DNA of 64,000 nt from Candidatus Latescibacterota bacterium (lineage in GTDB: Bacteria; Latescibacterota; UBA2968): assembly GCA_965198115.1 (NCBI GenBank), contig OZ240241.1, positions 3,040,001 to 3,104,000 on the forward strand, written 5' to 3'. Shown piece after piece: positions 40,561 through 51,118 of this stretch (position 1 is its first letter; each line of letters opens with the position of its first letter). The translations under genes were made by a program, and so were the position numbers. The notes beneath the pieces were generated by a model that was not told the DNA's origin, made no database searches, and worked only from the letters and a program-made list of their open reading frames with translations.

Positions 40561-41733
40561 CTATACCTTCGGCACCTTCGTCCAACGCTTCGTTTTCGCT
40601 GAATCCAGTACGGCTTCGAGCACAGCCTGGACCTTCGCCCCTTCGTGAAAGTCCGGGGAAACCTTTCTGTTCTTCGCAATCGCTTCCAGAAAGTCACGAA
40701 CCTCGTGGATGAAGGTGTGCTCCCACCCTATGATGTGACCGGGCGGCCACCACGCGTCGAGGTAAGGGTGCGCGCCGTTGTCTCCGACGATGATTTCGCG
40801 AAATCCCTGGGCGTGGGCGGGGTCGTCATCAGAGAAGTACTGGAGCTCATTCATTTTCTCGAGATTGAAGACGAGGCTGCCCTTGTTCCCGTTGATCTCG
40901 AATCGATTGTGGTTTCTTCTTCCTTTCGCGAAACGCGTTGACTCGAACGACCCGAGCGCTCCGTTCTTGAACCGCGCCATGAACAGGCACGCGTCCTCAA
41001 CCGTCACCTTCCCCTTCCGCTTCGACCTGCCACCCTTCGCCCCGAGCGAGGCGTCGATCGCGTCGGAAACCGGCCGTTCCTTGATGAAGGTCTCGGTCAG
41101 TCCGACCACCGAATCGATGTCGCCGACGAGGTGCATCGCGAGATCCGTGATGTGCGCATTCAGATCGCCGTGGGGGCCGGAGCCCGCCTCGCCCTTCTTG
41201 AGGCGCCACACGAGCGGAAAGTCGGGATCCATGATCCAATCCTGCAAATAAACCGCTCGCCAGTGATAAATCTTGCCGATGCGTCCTTCGGCGATCATCT
41301 GCCTGGCCAGGGCAACGGCCGGGACGCGTCGATAGTTGTAGGCAGTCAGTGTCTTCTTGCGTGTCCGCTTCAGTGCCCGGAGCACGTCTCGCGACTCTTT
41401 CAGGTTATTCGTCAGAGGCTTCTCGCAGATGACGTGCTTCCCGGCGTTCAGCGCGGCGATCACCATCGGTGCGTGCTGCCTACCCGGCGTGCACACATCC
41501 ACGATATCGATATCATCCCGTTCGACGACGCGACGCCAGCTCGTCGCCGCCTCTTCCCATCCATATTGCCCGGCTGCCGCAGTTACCGCCTCCTTGTTGC
41601 GGCCGACCAGAACCTTCATGACCGGTTCGATGCCCAGGTCCGGATAGTAATGGCTGACCTGTCGAAACGCGTTGCTGTGCGCCTTCCCCATGAATTGGTA
41701 GCCCAACAGGGCGACATTCATCCGCTTCGCCAT
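40561..41733 (-). CDS. Gfo/Idh/MocA family oxidoreductase
   Basis: GYQFMGKAH, CEKP, YLQDW, DLNAHITD and WWPPGHIIGWEH motifs. Confidence 0.92.
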   Translation of the reverse strand: MAKRMNVALLGYQFMGKAHSNAFRQVSHYYPDLGIEPVMKVLVGRNKEAVTAAAGQYGWEEAATSWRRVVERDDIDIVDVCTPGRQHAPMVIAALNAGKHVICEKPLTNNLKESRDVLRALKRTRKKTLTAYNYRRVPAVALARQMIAEGRIGKIYHWRAVYLQDWIMDPDFPLVWRLKKGEAGSGPHGDLNAHITDLAMHLVGDIDSVVGLTETFIKERPVSDAIDASLGAKGGRSKRKGKVTVEDACLFMARFKNGALGSFESTRFAKGRRNHNRFEINGNKGSLVFNLEKMNELQYFSDDDPAHAQGFREIIVGDNGAHPYLDAWWPPGHIIGWEHTFIHEVRDFLEAIAKNRKVSPDFHEGAKVQAVLEAVLDSAKTKRWTKVPKV

Positions 41734-41827
41734 GAAACCTCCTCGATACCGCCAAATCGCCTTCTTCAAAGTGGCGGGCAATATACACGGCCCCGCTGCC
41801 TGCTGTCAAAACGCCGGGGTGTCGGCC

Positions 41828-42721
41828 TTACGGCCCGAAGGCCCCTGTGGCCCCACGCCCGGAGGCAACGGCTCGGCGTGCGAGCCGAACCGCAGACGCG
41901 ACCGCTTCCGCCAGCGTGCCTCCATCGGCATACACGCTCAAGAAGGCGGCGTTGAAACAGTCACCCACCGAGTGCGTTCCCTCGACAGGTTCGACCGATT
42001 GCCGGACACGTTCGACCTCCGTCGACACGATCGCCCCCTCGCGCCCCCGCTTCACCGCGACGCACGACGGCCCCCACGCCAACACACGGTCTGAAATCGC
42101 ATCCAGGTCCGATTCCGACGTCACAGCCGCGAGTTCCTCTTCCGTTCCAAGCAGAGTGTCGACCTGACGAACGACATCCTTCAGGGGACTCAGGAAGGGA
42201 TCTCTCGCGAACCAGGGTCCCGGATCGAACGCGACTCTTGCATCCGAGTCGCGCGACGTCGCGAACACCTCACGGAGCGTGTCGAGATCATTCATCCCCA
42301 CCTGCCCGAAACCAGCGGCATAGACCCAGTCGAAATGATCCTCGAGGGCCAGCCTCCACGGGATCGGCGATCCGGTGAAGTAGGCCGAGGACCGGCTGCC
42401 CGACTCATCCACGCCGATCACGTTCACGGGCGTCTCGGCGCCCGCTGACGAACGAATGTTGACGTTCGCTTCGCCCAGCTGTCCCCGTGCAATCCGTCCG
42501 AAAGCGTCCTCACCCAGCGACGTCACGAGCGTCACCGCGTGGCCCAGACGACCGAACACGAAAGCTGCGGCGCCTCCGTCGGCGAGCGCAGCCGTCGGCG
42601 CACGATCCAGAAACCGCACATTGAGATCGGTCCACCGGTCGCCGCCAACCGCCTGTGAAGGTAACGCCCCCTGGATCGTGACATCCACCCCGGCGTTTCC
42701 GAGAACCGCGATCTTCGCCAC
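41828..42721 (-). CDS. PfkB family carbohydrate kinase (divergent motifs)
   Basis: LGEDAFG, AFDPGP, VKRGREGA and HSVGDCFNAAF motifs. Confidence 0.8.
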   Translation of the reverse strand: MAKIAVLGNAGVDVTIQGALPSQAVGGDRWTDLNVRFLDRAPTAALADGGAAAFVFGRLGHAVTLVTSLGEDAFGRIARGQLGEANVNIRSSAGAETPVNVIGVDESGSRSSAYFTGSPIPWRLALEDHFDWVYAAGFGQVGMNDLDTLREVFATSRDSDARVAFDPGPWFARDPFLSPLKDVVRQVDTLLGTEEELAAVTSESDLDAISDRVLAWGPSCVAVKRGREGAIVSTEVERVRQSVEPVEGTHSVGDCFNAAFLSVYADGGTLAEAVASAVRLARRAVASGRGATGAFGP

Positions 42722-42761
42722 TCAGACTCTGCCCTCGCGAACGATCCGCCCGAGCCTCCTG

Positions 42762-44183
42762 CTACGCGCGATCGTTCGCATAGTCCGGTCCCCCGATCGG
42801 TCCGAGAAGGTCCAGATTCTTCTTCGGCGTGTCCACCGACGCCAGGAAAGTGTCGAGCGCTTTCCTCATGCGACGTGCGACTGCGGCTTCCTTTCTGATC
42901 AGGTTCCGCTTCTGACCGGGGTCCGCCTTGAGGTCGTAGAGCTCGGGCTTCCCGTCCCTCTCGCCATACGCGATGTAACTCCATCGTTTGTCGGTCACGG
43001 TCGGTCCGCCGTTTTGAATAAAGGTCGAGCTGAAGGCGTGCCGTCTGGGCCACCGGGTCTTGCGATTGCGCAGCAACGGCACGAGCGAGTGCCCGTGAAT
43101 ACCCAGGCCCAGGTCTGCCCGTTTCACCTTGCAAAGATCCATCAGCGTCGGCAACAGGTCCACCGATTGCGTGAGTTCAGCTACGCGACGTCCACCCTTC
43201 AGGCCGGGAGCCGCCACCATCAACGGGATGTGTGCCACTTCTTCGTAGAGCGGCCAGATCCGGTCATCATCCGGGTGGATGTTCGATTTACCCGTCCGGT
43301 TGTGTTCGCCCAAAAACATCCCGTGGTCGCTCGTGAACAAGACGATCGTATCGTCGTAGAGCGACAGCTCTTCGATCTTCGCCAGTACGTGCCCGATCCA
43401 TTTGTTCACGAGGTAGAGCTCGGCGGCGTAGTGCGCCTTCAGATTCTTCAACTCCCGCTTCGTGTAAGCCGATGCCGGGCCATAGTTGGGGTGGATCATC
43501 GGCGGGCCGTCATAGCCCGGCCGATCGTAACGCCGAACCAGATACTCCGGCGGGTCCCAGGGCTCGTGCACATCGAAAAAGTCGACCCACAACAGGAAAG
43601 GCTTGACGTCGTGATTCTCCTCGAGCCACCGACTCACCGAGCGCGCCGTTCGCACGCAGAACCGATCCTCTTCCCACGCCCAGTCACGGTTCGTCCACGT
43701 GTGCATCGTCGCCAGGTTGCCCCACTTCGTCCCGCGCATACGTTCGTCGACACGCGTCTTCTCATCCGCGGGAACGACCAACCGGGGCGGCAAGTTCCCC
43801 TTCAGCAGCGGTCGATCCCCCTCCTGGCCCCGAATCCAATGGGCGCCCGTGAAATCTCGATCGAAGTGATGGCCGCGATTCATAAGATGGGGCGTATCGG
43901 CGATCAGCTGGCTCGTGTAGCCCTCGTCGCCAAAGATCGTAATAAGGACGGGCATATCTCGTTCCAACGGCTGCCAGCCGTGGAAGGGGAAGCTGTAGCG
44001 ACCCGTAAATAGGTCTGTGCGGTTCGGGATTGTCGGGAAACTCGACAGGTAGTGGCGGTCGAAACGGACGGCGCGGCTGGCGAAGCGATCGAGCGCGTCC
44101 GTCCCGATCCATCGGTTCCCGTTGACTCCGAGGTAGTCGTATCGAAACGTGTCGCTGACAAGCACAATGATATTCAAATCCAA
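42762..44183 (-). CDS. Sulfatase-like alkaline phosphatase superfamily hydrolase with Thr at the nucleophile position
   Basis: VSDTFRYD, SFPTIPNRTDLFTGR, FFDVHEPW and TSDHG motifs. Confidence 0.85.
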   Translation of the reverse strand: MDLNIIVLVSDTFRYDYLGVNGNRWIGTDALDRFASRAVRFDRHYLSSFPTIPNRTDLFTGRYSFPFHGWQPLERDMPVLITIFGDEGYTSQLIADTPHLMNRGHHFDRDFTGAHWIRGQEGDRPLLKGNLPPRLVVPADEKTRVDERMRGTKWGNLATMHTWTNRDWAWEEDRFCVRTARSVSRWLEENHDVKPFLLWVDFFDVHEPWDPPEYLVRRYDRPGYDGPPMIHPNYGPASAYTKRELKNLKAHYAAELYLVNKWIGHVLAKIEELSLYDDTIVLFTSDHGMFLGEHNRTGKSNIHPDDDRIWPLYEEVAHIPLMVAAPGLKGGRRVAELTQSVDLLPTLMDLCKVKRADLGLGIHGHSLVPLLRNRKTRWPRRHAFSSTFIQNGGPTVTDKRWSYIAYGERDGKPELYDLKADPGQKRNLIRKEAAVARRMRKALDTFLASVDTPKKNLDLLGPIGGPDYANDRA

Positions 44184-44322
44184 CCTCGCTCACTTGTAAC
44201 TGTGAGGACTATGGTTTCGACGTCATGTTTCGGCGGTTGATCCAGGATGCGGGTAAGCTTGCGGCCCGGGTTGAGGTGTTCGGTGCTTGGGGAAAGTGGG
44301 TCCATACACAAAGCCGAACACC

Positions 44323-45634
44323 TCAGGCGGCATCCTGGTCGATGTCCTTATTCCCTTCGAGACTTCGTGTCTTCGTGGTTAAAGCCCGTAGTGCTCGTTG
44401 ATGGGGCGCTGGTAGTCGTCGACATCGCCATTCAGCACTTCGGCGACCGTAACTTCCCGTCTGATGAGGCCCGATTCGAGGATGGCGTAGGCGAGGGCCA
44501 GGTCGATCGTTCCTTCGTCGCCAGACATTTTGGGACGTCGTCCCTGATCGATGGCCTGGAGCCAGCGAGTTGTTCGAGCGCGTAGGCATCCGTCACGCCG
44601 TTCGGAAACGCCGTATCGTAAGCTTCCCGATCGTTCGACCTCATTCGTCCGACGGCTGATCCGAATTGCCCTTCATCCGTGTAGTAGTTGCCGTCGGAAA
44701 GGGCGCCGCGTGAACCCCAGACGTTCGTCCCCCCCGGCACTCCAATCCGCCGGCCGTGTGCGCTGCGAGCGACCGCTGCGTGCCCCAAAGCTCCGTTCTC
44801 CAACCTGAAGTTTGCGAAAAACGCGTCGTCCACCTCGTTCGGCACCTCTTCCGCCACGGCCGAATCGTCATCGGTCAACAGTACGCGAGTGGGCTCCAGT
44901 ACGCGCCACGTGGCTCCGACGGTTGCGACAGGTCCACAAATGTGGCGAATCCCGTTGAAAAGGTGCACGCCCAGGTCGATCGACACCCCGCCTCCGGCGC
45001 CGAGTCTCGAATGCCTCCACGGCGTACGCGCCGTCGCCAGATCGGGCCGGTGTGAGGGGAATCCGATGATCCCGCGAAAGATCATCTGAACGTCACCGAT
45101 CAGACCTTGCTCGACGATCCACGTAGCCGCTCGTGTTCCCGAGCTGAAATAGACATTCTCGTCGACCGATAGGACGCAGTTCGTCTCTTCGGCGACATCG
45201 CACATCTGCTGTGCCGCCTTCACCGTGATTGCCATCGCCTTTTCGACAGCCACGTGCTTTCCCGCGCGCATTGCGTTGATCGCGATCGTATGGTGGTTGT
45301 CGTGCCCTGTGTAGACGACCACCGCGTCGATCGGCCCCTCCTCGAGCATCGTGCGGTAGTCGGTATAGATGGCAGGTGGCGATCCTGGGTGCAGATCGTC
45401 ATCGATGTACATCTGCGGCGCGTTCAGCGGATCACCGGGCGTCTCGATCGGATCGGGACGCGGACCGGGCCCTTCGCCCCGCTTCCTGAACCTGTGCGCA
45501 TCCTCTTCTTTCCGCGCGCAGAGCGCCGTAATCTCGAACAGGTCACCGAAACCGGCATCCTGCAGAATCTTGAATCCACGGAGATGTGCGTTCAGAATCC
45601 GCGCACACCCGATCACACCGATCCTTATGGCCAT
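44323..45634 (-). CDS. Gfo/Idh/MocA family oxidoreductase (frameshift near 44560)
   Basis: IGVIGCARI, VAVEK and DLGVH motifs. The C-terminus appears to continue in another frame toward ORF 44323-44589, so the true end is uncertain. Confidence 0.75.
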
Positions 45635-45784
45635 ATCATCATCATTTGTCGATTGTCAATGGTGTCAGTGAACCGCGCCTTGATGCCTCGACACTCGGCT
45701 TCGCCCAACTGGTCGTTTCCCGGGCAGGAGCCCCGGTCCTGCACCAATGGGCGCAACAACACCGCTTTGGTCATTGGTCAACGA

Positions 45785-46765
45785 CTAGGTCCACCCCGGC
45801 GTCGTGATCGTATCCGCAATCGGCAGCGCCCGCGAGAGCTCCTCCTCGGACAGCGCATCGATGTCCGAGGCTGCCACGTTGTGCTCGATCTGTTCCCGAT
45901 TCTTCGCCCCCGCAATCGCGCACGACACGCCGGGATGGTCGAGCACGAACCGCAGTGCGGTCTGCACCATCGATCGCCGTTCCGTCTGAAGAAACGCCAA
46001 CTCGGGCAGACGCTTCAGACCGTCGATCGTCTCCTGCCGCTGGAAGCGCTCGTAACGCACGTCTTCGCTGGGCAAGGTCGCCGCGTTCTCACCGAAGTAT
46101 TTACCCGTCAGCATGCCCTTGGCCAAAGGAACTCTTATCAACGTGCCGATACCCTGCGATTTCGCCCAATGCAACAGGGCGTCGGCATCGCGTTCCAGGA
46201 GATTGTATCCGATCTGAAGAACCTCGACGGGTCCCAGCACCTGCAGTTGTTCGATGGCCCTCTGGTTGTTCGTAGAGATGCCGTACCATCGAACCTTGCC
46301 CTCGGCTTTCAACGCGGCCAATGTTTCCATCACCGTCGGCATCGCCCATTCGTAGGGAATGGCGTGCAGCTGATACAGATCGATCGCATCCATCTCCAAA
46401 CGCCTTAAACTGTCTTCACAAGCCCCACGGATCCGTCGGCGAACCGCTGTTTCGTCGTGTCCCTCTTCGTCGATACCACTATTGGGTTGCACCTTCGTAG
46501 CCACAATCCACTTGTCGCGACGCCCCTTGAGCGCCTTTCCCGTCACGATTTCGCTATGGCCGTCGCCGTATCCTTCGGCCGAGTCGATCAGGTTGACACC
46601 CAGTTCTTCCGCGCGATGGATCAGTGCGATCGACTCCTCATCCGTCACACCGGTCCAGCCCGATCGCGACCCATCCCGCTGTTCCCATACACCAGAGATC
46701 GGGAACGCGCCGATCCCGATCTCGCTCACCTTCAAACTCGTGTCGCCGAACGCCCGGTAGTTCAT
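45785..46765 (-). CDS. Aldo/keto reductase
   Basis: IDSAEGYG, VATK, IDLYQLH, GKVRWYGIS and PLAKGMLTGK motifs. Confidence 0.92.
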   Translation of the reverse strand: MNYRAFGDTSLKVSEIGIGAFPISGVWEQRDGSRSGWTGVTDEESIALIHRAEELGVNLIDSAEGYGDGHSEIVTGKALKGRRDKWIVATKVQPNSGIDEEGHDETAVRRRIRGACEDSLRRLEMDAIDLYQLHAIPYEWAMPTVMETLAALKAEGKVRWYGISTNNQRAIEQLQVLGPVEVLQIGYNLLERDADALLHWAKSQGIGTLIRVPLAKGMLTGKYFGENAATLPSEDVRYERFQRQETIDGLKRLPELAFLQTERRSMVQTALRFVLDHPGVSCAIAGAKNREQIEHNVAASDIDALSEEELSRALPIADTITTPGWT

Positions 46766-46787
46766 GTCTGACACCTTCTCGGTTAGG

Positions 46788-48329
46788 CTACGCTTCGATC
46801 GATTCACCCGGCCCGAGCGATTCCTTCCTCGGCGCTTCGCCCGGTCCGTGCCACGAAAAAGCCACGGGTTCATCCCCGCCGTTGTAGAAACGCGTCACTC
46901 CGCCATCCCGGTAGAGTGACAGCACCGTGTCCGGCAGCCGATATCGCTTCTGATCATCCCGCACGTGAAGGGCGGCCGTCACTTCACCTTTGATCTCCCG
47001 GGTACCGAGGAGCAACGGGCCATAGCACCCGGTCACCGCGCCCCAACCCCAGTTGCGTCCGTGGCCTGCAGCAATCGAGCAGATCGCACCACCCATGTCA
47101 GCGTGTTCGCGGCCGCCCCGCAACACCCGCCTGGCGATTGTCAGCTTTCTCTCGGCCTGATCAAACGCCCGTGCCGCGAAGGAGACCTCCCCCGTCACCT
47201 GATACGCAAGTGTGAGCGCGGCCGTACTCGGTTGGTTCGTCGCGATCGTATTGCCCGTGTCGTCGTCCCACTCGCCCCAGAATGTCTGATCCGCCCGCTT
47301 GCCTACCCCCATCCACGTTCGCTTCCGAATCTCGGGGAAGACCATCGCCAGCTCACCCGATGAGGGTTCGGGGAACGACTTCACCTTCTCCCGTATTGTC
47401 TCGTCGTACGTCGCGTCATCGAAGGCCGAGCGGTAATAGGAGATCGCAGCAGCACCGGGGTCTCCGTAGGGATCGTGAAGTTGATCGATCAGAGGCTCGA
47501 CAATGCGCCGCGCCGCATTCCGGAAGACCTCCTCTCGGTTCTCCGCGAATAGATCACCCAAAACGTAAATGGCGCCGGAAGCGAGCAGACACTCCACACC
47601 GATGAGAGGATCGCCCGGGACGTGGTGTCCGTGCTGAGCTGCCTTCCGCTGGTTCTCGGTCGCCTGCGGAGGCATCACAGGCTCGCCCTGTGGGCCCCAC
47701 GCGATCGGCAGGGGACCCTCTGGAACATCGCAAATCATCTTCGCTCTGCGCTGACCATATCGCACCGCCCACTCCACGTACTTCTGATCACCCAGCACCC
47801 GGTGTGCCGCCAGCGCGATATGGATGAATCGAAAGTGCTCCGCGATCTCCTTGACTTCGTCCAGATCGCGGTCGACGGTTTCGGTCCCGATGTCGTAGCC
47901 CCAGAATCGGTTCCGGTCCCAATCGAACCAATCTGGAATGCCCTCGACCCAGTTGCCGATGTGGTGTGCGGCATCTTCGAGCAGTGCAGTCGCTTTCTGA
48001 TCGTCGGGGAACAGACCGATGTAGCGCGGGAGGAATAGCAGAAACGGCTCAGTGCCGTGATGAGCTTCCGCCACCCCCTCATAGCCGTGGTGGCAGTCGC
48101 GCTCGACCCAACCTGCGAGCTGGTCTCTCAGATAGCAGAAGTGCTCGGCAACACCCTCACTGCGCGTCACGAGGTAGTGCGGAAACCACGCCAGCGAGTA
48201 GTTCGCCTCATCCTCCCCCCCGCCGTGTTTACTCGGGGGATCCATACGCCGGCTCTGGTCGAGCCAGCGCTCCATTTCGTCGCGGAGTTTGGAGGCGCTC
48301 TCGTAGGCGCTTTTCAGGTCGCTGCTCAT
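46788..48329 (-). CDS. Hypothetical protein (possible alpha/alpha-toroid)
   Basis: 513-aa uninterrupted ORF, aromatic- and His-rich helical pattern, inside the catabolic run. Confidence 0.7.
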   Translation of the reverse strand: MSSDLKSAYESASKLRDEMERWLDQSRRMDPPSKHGGGEDEANYSLAWFPHYLVTRSEGVAEHFCYLRDQLAGWVERDCHHGYEGVAEAHHGTEPFLLFLPRYIGLFPDDQKATALLEDAAHHIGNWVEGIPDWFDWDRNRFWGYDIGTETVDRDLDEVKEIAEHFRFIHIALAAHRVLGDQKYVEWAVRYGQRRAKMICDVPEGPLPIAWGPQGEPVMPPQATENQRKAAQHGHHVPGDPLIGVECLLASGAIYVLGDLFAENREEVFRNAARRIVEPLIDQLHDPYGDPGAAAISYYRSAFDDATYDETIREKVKSFPEPSSGELAMVFPEIRKRTWMGVGKRADQTFWGEWDDDTGNTIATNQPSTAALTLAYQVTGEVSFAARAFDQAERKLTIARRVLRGGREHADMGGAICSIAAGHGRNWGWGAVTGCYGPLLLGTREIKGEVTAALHVRDDQKRYRLPDTVLSLYRDGGVTRFYNGGDEPVAFSWHGPGEAPRKESLGPGESIEA

Positions 48330-48351
48330 TCGGTAATCCGTTTAACCAAGG

Positions 48352-48528
48352 CGTCCCCGTGCAGAGCACCACTGCCAATAGGTTTAGCTCTGTCGGATGC
48401 AGCTACGCGTCCCTGTGCAAAGCCTTCGACTACGCTCAGGGCAGGCTCCGGGACGAGCACCACGTGTTTGTTCTATTAGGAATGTAGAAGGCGATACGCT
48501 CGCCCTCGTGCTCAAGCACGAGGGCGGT
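48352..48528. repeat. Family B palindromic repeat with nested 24-nt REP unit
   Basis: GTCCCCGTGCAGAGCAC, GTCCCTGTGCAAAGC[CTTCGACTACGCTCAGGGCAGGCT]CCGGGA and CGCCCTCGTGCT-AGCACGAGGGCG. Confidence 0.6.
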
Positions 48529-48572
48529 ATGCGGCTGTCTTGATGGTCCTCAGGCTACGCCTGGGAATGCGA

Positions 48573-49898
48573 CTAACCGATCGCTCTCAACCCTGTCACA
48601 ATCGCATTGCCTACTGTGTCGGCTTGTTCTTCCGTCAGGATGAGCGGGGGCGCAAGATGATAGACACTTTCGGGGCCTGCCATCGCGTGACTCATCTTAC
48701 CCACGATGACGCCTGCATCACGCACTGCTTTTCCGAACGCTCCAGATCTTTCGGCGTCGAGCATCGCACCGTACTCGTCCTGAAGCTCGATCGCGATCAT
48801 CAGACCCTTGCCACGGACTTCCTTGACGTATTGTGAATCGATCGACTGCAATCGCTCCAGGAGGTAGGTGCCGATTTTCTCCGAATTCTCCCACAACCGC
48901 TCACGTACGACAATGTCGACCGCTACGAGCGCCGCAGCGCAGCACGCGGGATGGCCGCCATAGGTCGACACCTGAGAGAATTCGACTTCGTCTGCCGCGT
49001 CGCCCTTGAATGCGTCGAAGACCTCATCCGTCACCGCACAGGCCCCGATCGGCAAGTAGCCGCTCGAAAGTCCCTTCGCGATCGTCATCATATCCGGAAC
49101 CACACCCCAATGTTCACAGGCGAACATCTTCCCCGTTCGTCCGAAACCGGTAATGACCTCGTCGAGAATGAGCAACACGCCGTAGTGATCGCAGATTTCG
49201 CGTATACGCGGGAAATAATCGTCCGGAGGCACCAGGACGCCACCGCCTCCGATGACGGGCTCGGCGATCACAGCCGCCACCGTGTCGGGGCTCTCTCGTT
49301 CGATCACCTTGGCGATATCATCGGGTCCGTGGGTCGGGGGCGGCTCCACGTGGACAAACCCCGGCACGAGCGGCTCGAACATCCGTTTGCGTCCGACCTG
49401 ACCGGTCGCGGATGCGGCCCCCATCGTGAAACCGTGATAACCCTGGTATCGAGCGATGATCTTGTGACGATTCTCACCGGGATGCCGTTGTCTTCCACAC
49501 TGTCGCGCGGCCTTGAGGGCGGTTTCGTTGGCCTCGGATCCGCTGTTGACGAAGAAAAACCGATTCAGGTCCCCCGGTAACAGCTCCGCCAGTTTCGCTG
49601 CGAGCTGTGCGGCCGGCGCAACGATCTGCGTCTGAGGATAGGAGGCCAGACGTTGCATCTGGTCGGTCACGGCATCGACGATTTCCTGACGACCGTAGCC
49701 GACGTTCACGTTCCAGATCCCGGCATACGCATCCAGATACTCGCGTCCGTCAGCATCCTTGAGCATCGCACCAGAACCTTCGACGATGACGAGCAGATCC
49801 TCGGGACCGATCGACTCGTGCTGCACCATCGGGTGCCACACGTGTGCACGGTCGTGTGCTCGAATCTCTTTCGTATCCATCGTTGCACTGTCTGCCAT
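48573..49898 (-). CDS. Class III aminotransferase (omega-amino acid/taurine:pyruvate type)
   Basis: [30 protein letters not shown] and [10 protein letters not shown] motifs. Confidence 0.92.
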   Translation of the reverse strand: MADSATMDTKEIRAHDRAHVWHPMVQHESIGPEDLLVIVEGSGAMLKDADGREYLDAYAGIWNVNVGYGRQEIVDAVTDQMQRLASYPQTQIVAPAAQLAAKLAELLPGDLNRFFFVNSGSEANETALKAARQCGRQRHPGENRHKIIARYQGYHGFTMGAASATGQVGRKRMFEPLVPGFVHVEPPPTHGPDDIAKVIERESPDTVAAVIAEPVIGGGGVLVPPDDYFPRIREICDHYGVLLILDEVITGFGRTGKMFACEHWGVVPDMMTIAKGLSSGYLPIGACAVTDEVFDAFKGDAADEVEFSQVSTYGGHPACCAAALVAVDIVVRERLWENSEKIGTYLLERLQSIDSQYVKEVRGKGLMIAIELQDEYGAMLDAERSGAFGKAVRDAGVIVGKMSHAMAGPESVYHLAPPLILTEEQADTVGNAIVTGLRAIG

Positions 49899-50077
49899 GA
49901 CGGTCCTTTCGCAAAAACCTTGACGCTCCCGAAGGGCAACACCTTCTTTGTTACCCGCTGAAAGGTGCGAGAAGTGGGATTTTTCCCCTTTCGCGCGGCA
50001 TCATACCGCTTTAAAAAAGTGAAGTCAAGTCACCGGCCCCGACCTGATCGAGCGGGGCCATTTTCGCGGGGTTCACA

Positions 50078-51115
50078 ATGTCAGAAGATCAACGCGTCGA
50101 TGCAGACGCCTTGGAAACGTTTACACGACAAGTGTTCGAAAAGGCCGGTCTGCCACCCGAAGACGCGGCGGTGGAAGCCGAAGTCCTCGTTTGGGCAAAC
50201 CTGCGCGGCGTCGACTCGCACGGTGTGCAGCGGATTCCGAGCTACCTCGATATGATCGAGAGCGGAGGGATGAACCCAACGCCGGACATCAAGACCATTA
50301 AGGAATCCCCCGCTCTCCTCTTTGTGGATGCGGACCGGGCAATGGGCCCCGTCGTAACGGTCAAAGCGATGAATGCGGTGATCGAGAAAGCCAAAAACGT
50401 CGGCATCGGCTGGGCCCTGATCAGGAAGGTGACCCACCAGGGTGCGATGGGCTACTACGCGGAGATGGCGGCGACTCAGGGACTCGCGGGCATCGCGATC
50501 GTATGCAGCCCCCCCAACATGGCCCCCTTTGGTGCGAAGGCCGCGGGTGTCCACAACAGCCCGATCGCCTTCTCCTTCCCAGCGGGAAAGCGCAAGCACG
50601 TCACGCTCGATATGGCCACGAGCATCGCGGCTGGTGGCAAACTGAGCGTGGCCGCCGACAAGCGCGTCCCGATTCCCGACACGTGGGCCCTGGATGCCGA
50701 GGGCCGTCCCACCACAGACCCCAGCACTGCCTCCGTCCTGATGCCGGCAGGTGGGCCAAAGGGATCCGGTCTGGCCCTCATATTCCAGTGTCTGACGAGC
50801 CAGATGGCGAACAACCCGCTTGTTGTCCCGGCCCTTCGCGGGGAGAAGGGACTCCACAACCAGAACAGCGTCGTCGCCGCGGTCGACATCAGCTTTTTCA
50901 CGGACGTCGACGAGTATCGCACACAGCTCGACGACCTTGTAGACGAGATCAAGAAGCTTCCTCGCGCCGACGGCGTCGACGAGATCTTCACGCCAGGCGA
51001 GCCCGAGCAGCGGATGTTCGAAGATCGTTCGGCAAACGGTATCCCGCTCCCACCCGGGACCGTCGAAAAGCTTCGATCTTCCGCCAAACAGCTCGACTTG
51101 ACATCGCCCGTCTGA
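50078..51115 (+). CDS. Ldh_2 family oxidoreductase (sulfolactate/ureidoglycolate/malate dehydrogenase-like)
   Basis: RGVDSHG, HQGAMGYY, NSPIAF, LDMATS and GGPKGSGL motifs. Confidence 0.9.
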   Translation: MSEDQRVDADALETFTRQVFEKAGLPPEDAAVEAEVLVWANLRGVDSHGVQRIPSYLDMIESGGMNPTPDIKTIKESPALLFVDADRAMGPVVTVKAMNAVIEKAKNVGIGWALIRKVTHQGAMGYYAEMAATQGLAGIAIVCSPPNMAPFGAKAAGVHNSPIAFSFPAGKRKHVTLDMATSIAAGGKLSVAADKRVPIPDTWALDAEGRPTTDPSTASVLMPAGGPKGSGLALIFQCLTSQMANNPLVVPALRGEKGLHNQNSVVAAVDISFFTDVDEYRTQLDDLVDEIKKLPRADGVDEIFTPGEPEQRMFEDRSANGIPLPPGTVEKLRSSAKQLDLTSPV

Positions 51116-51118
51116 TCG

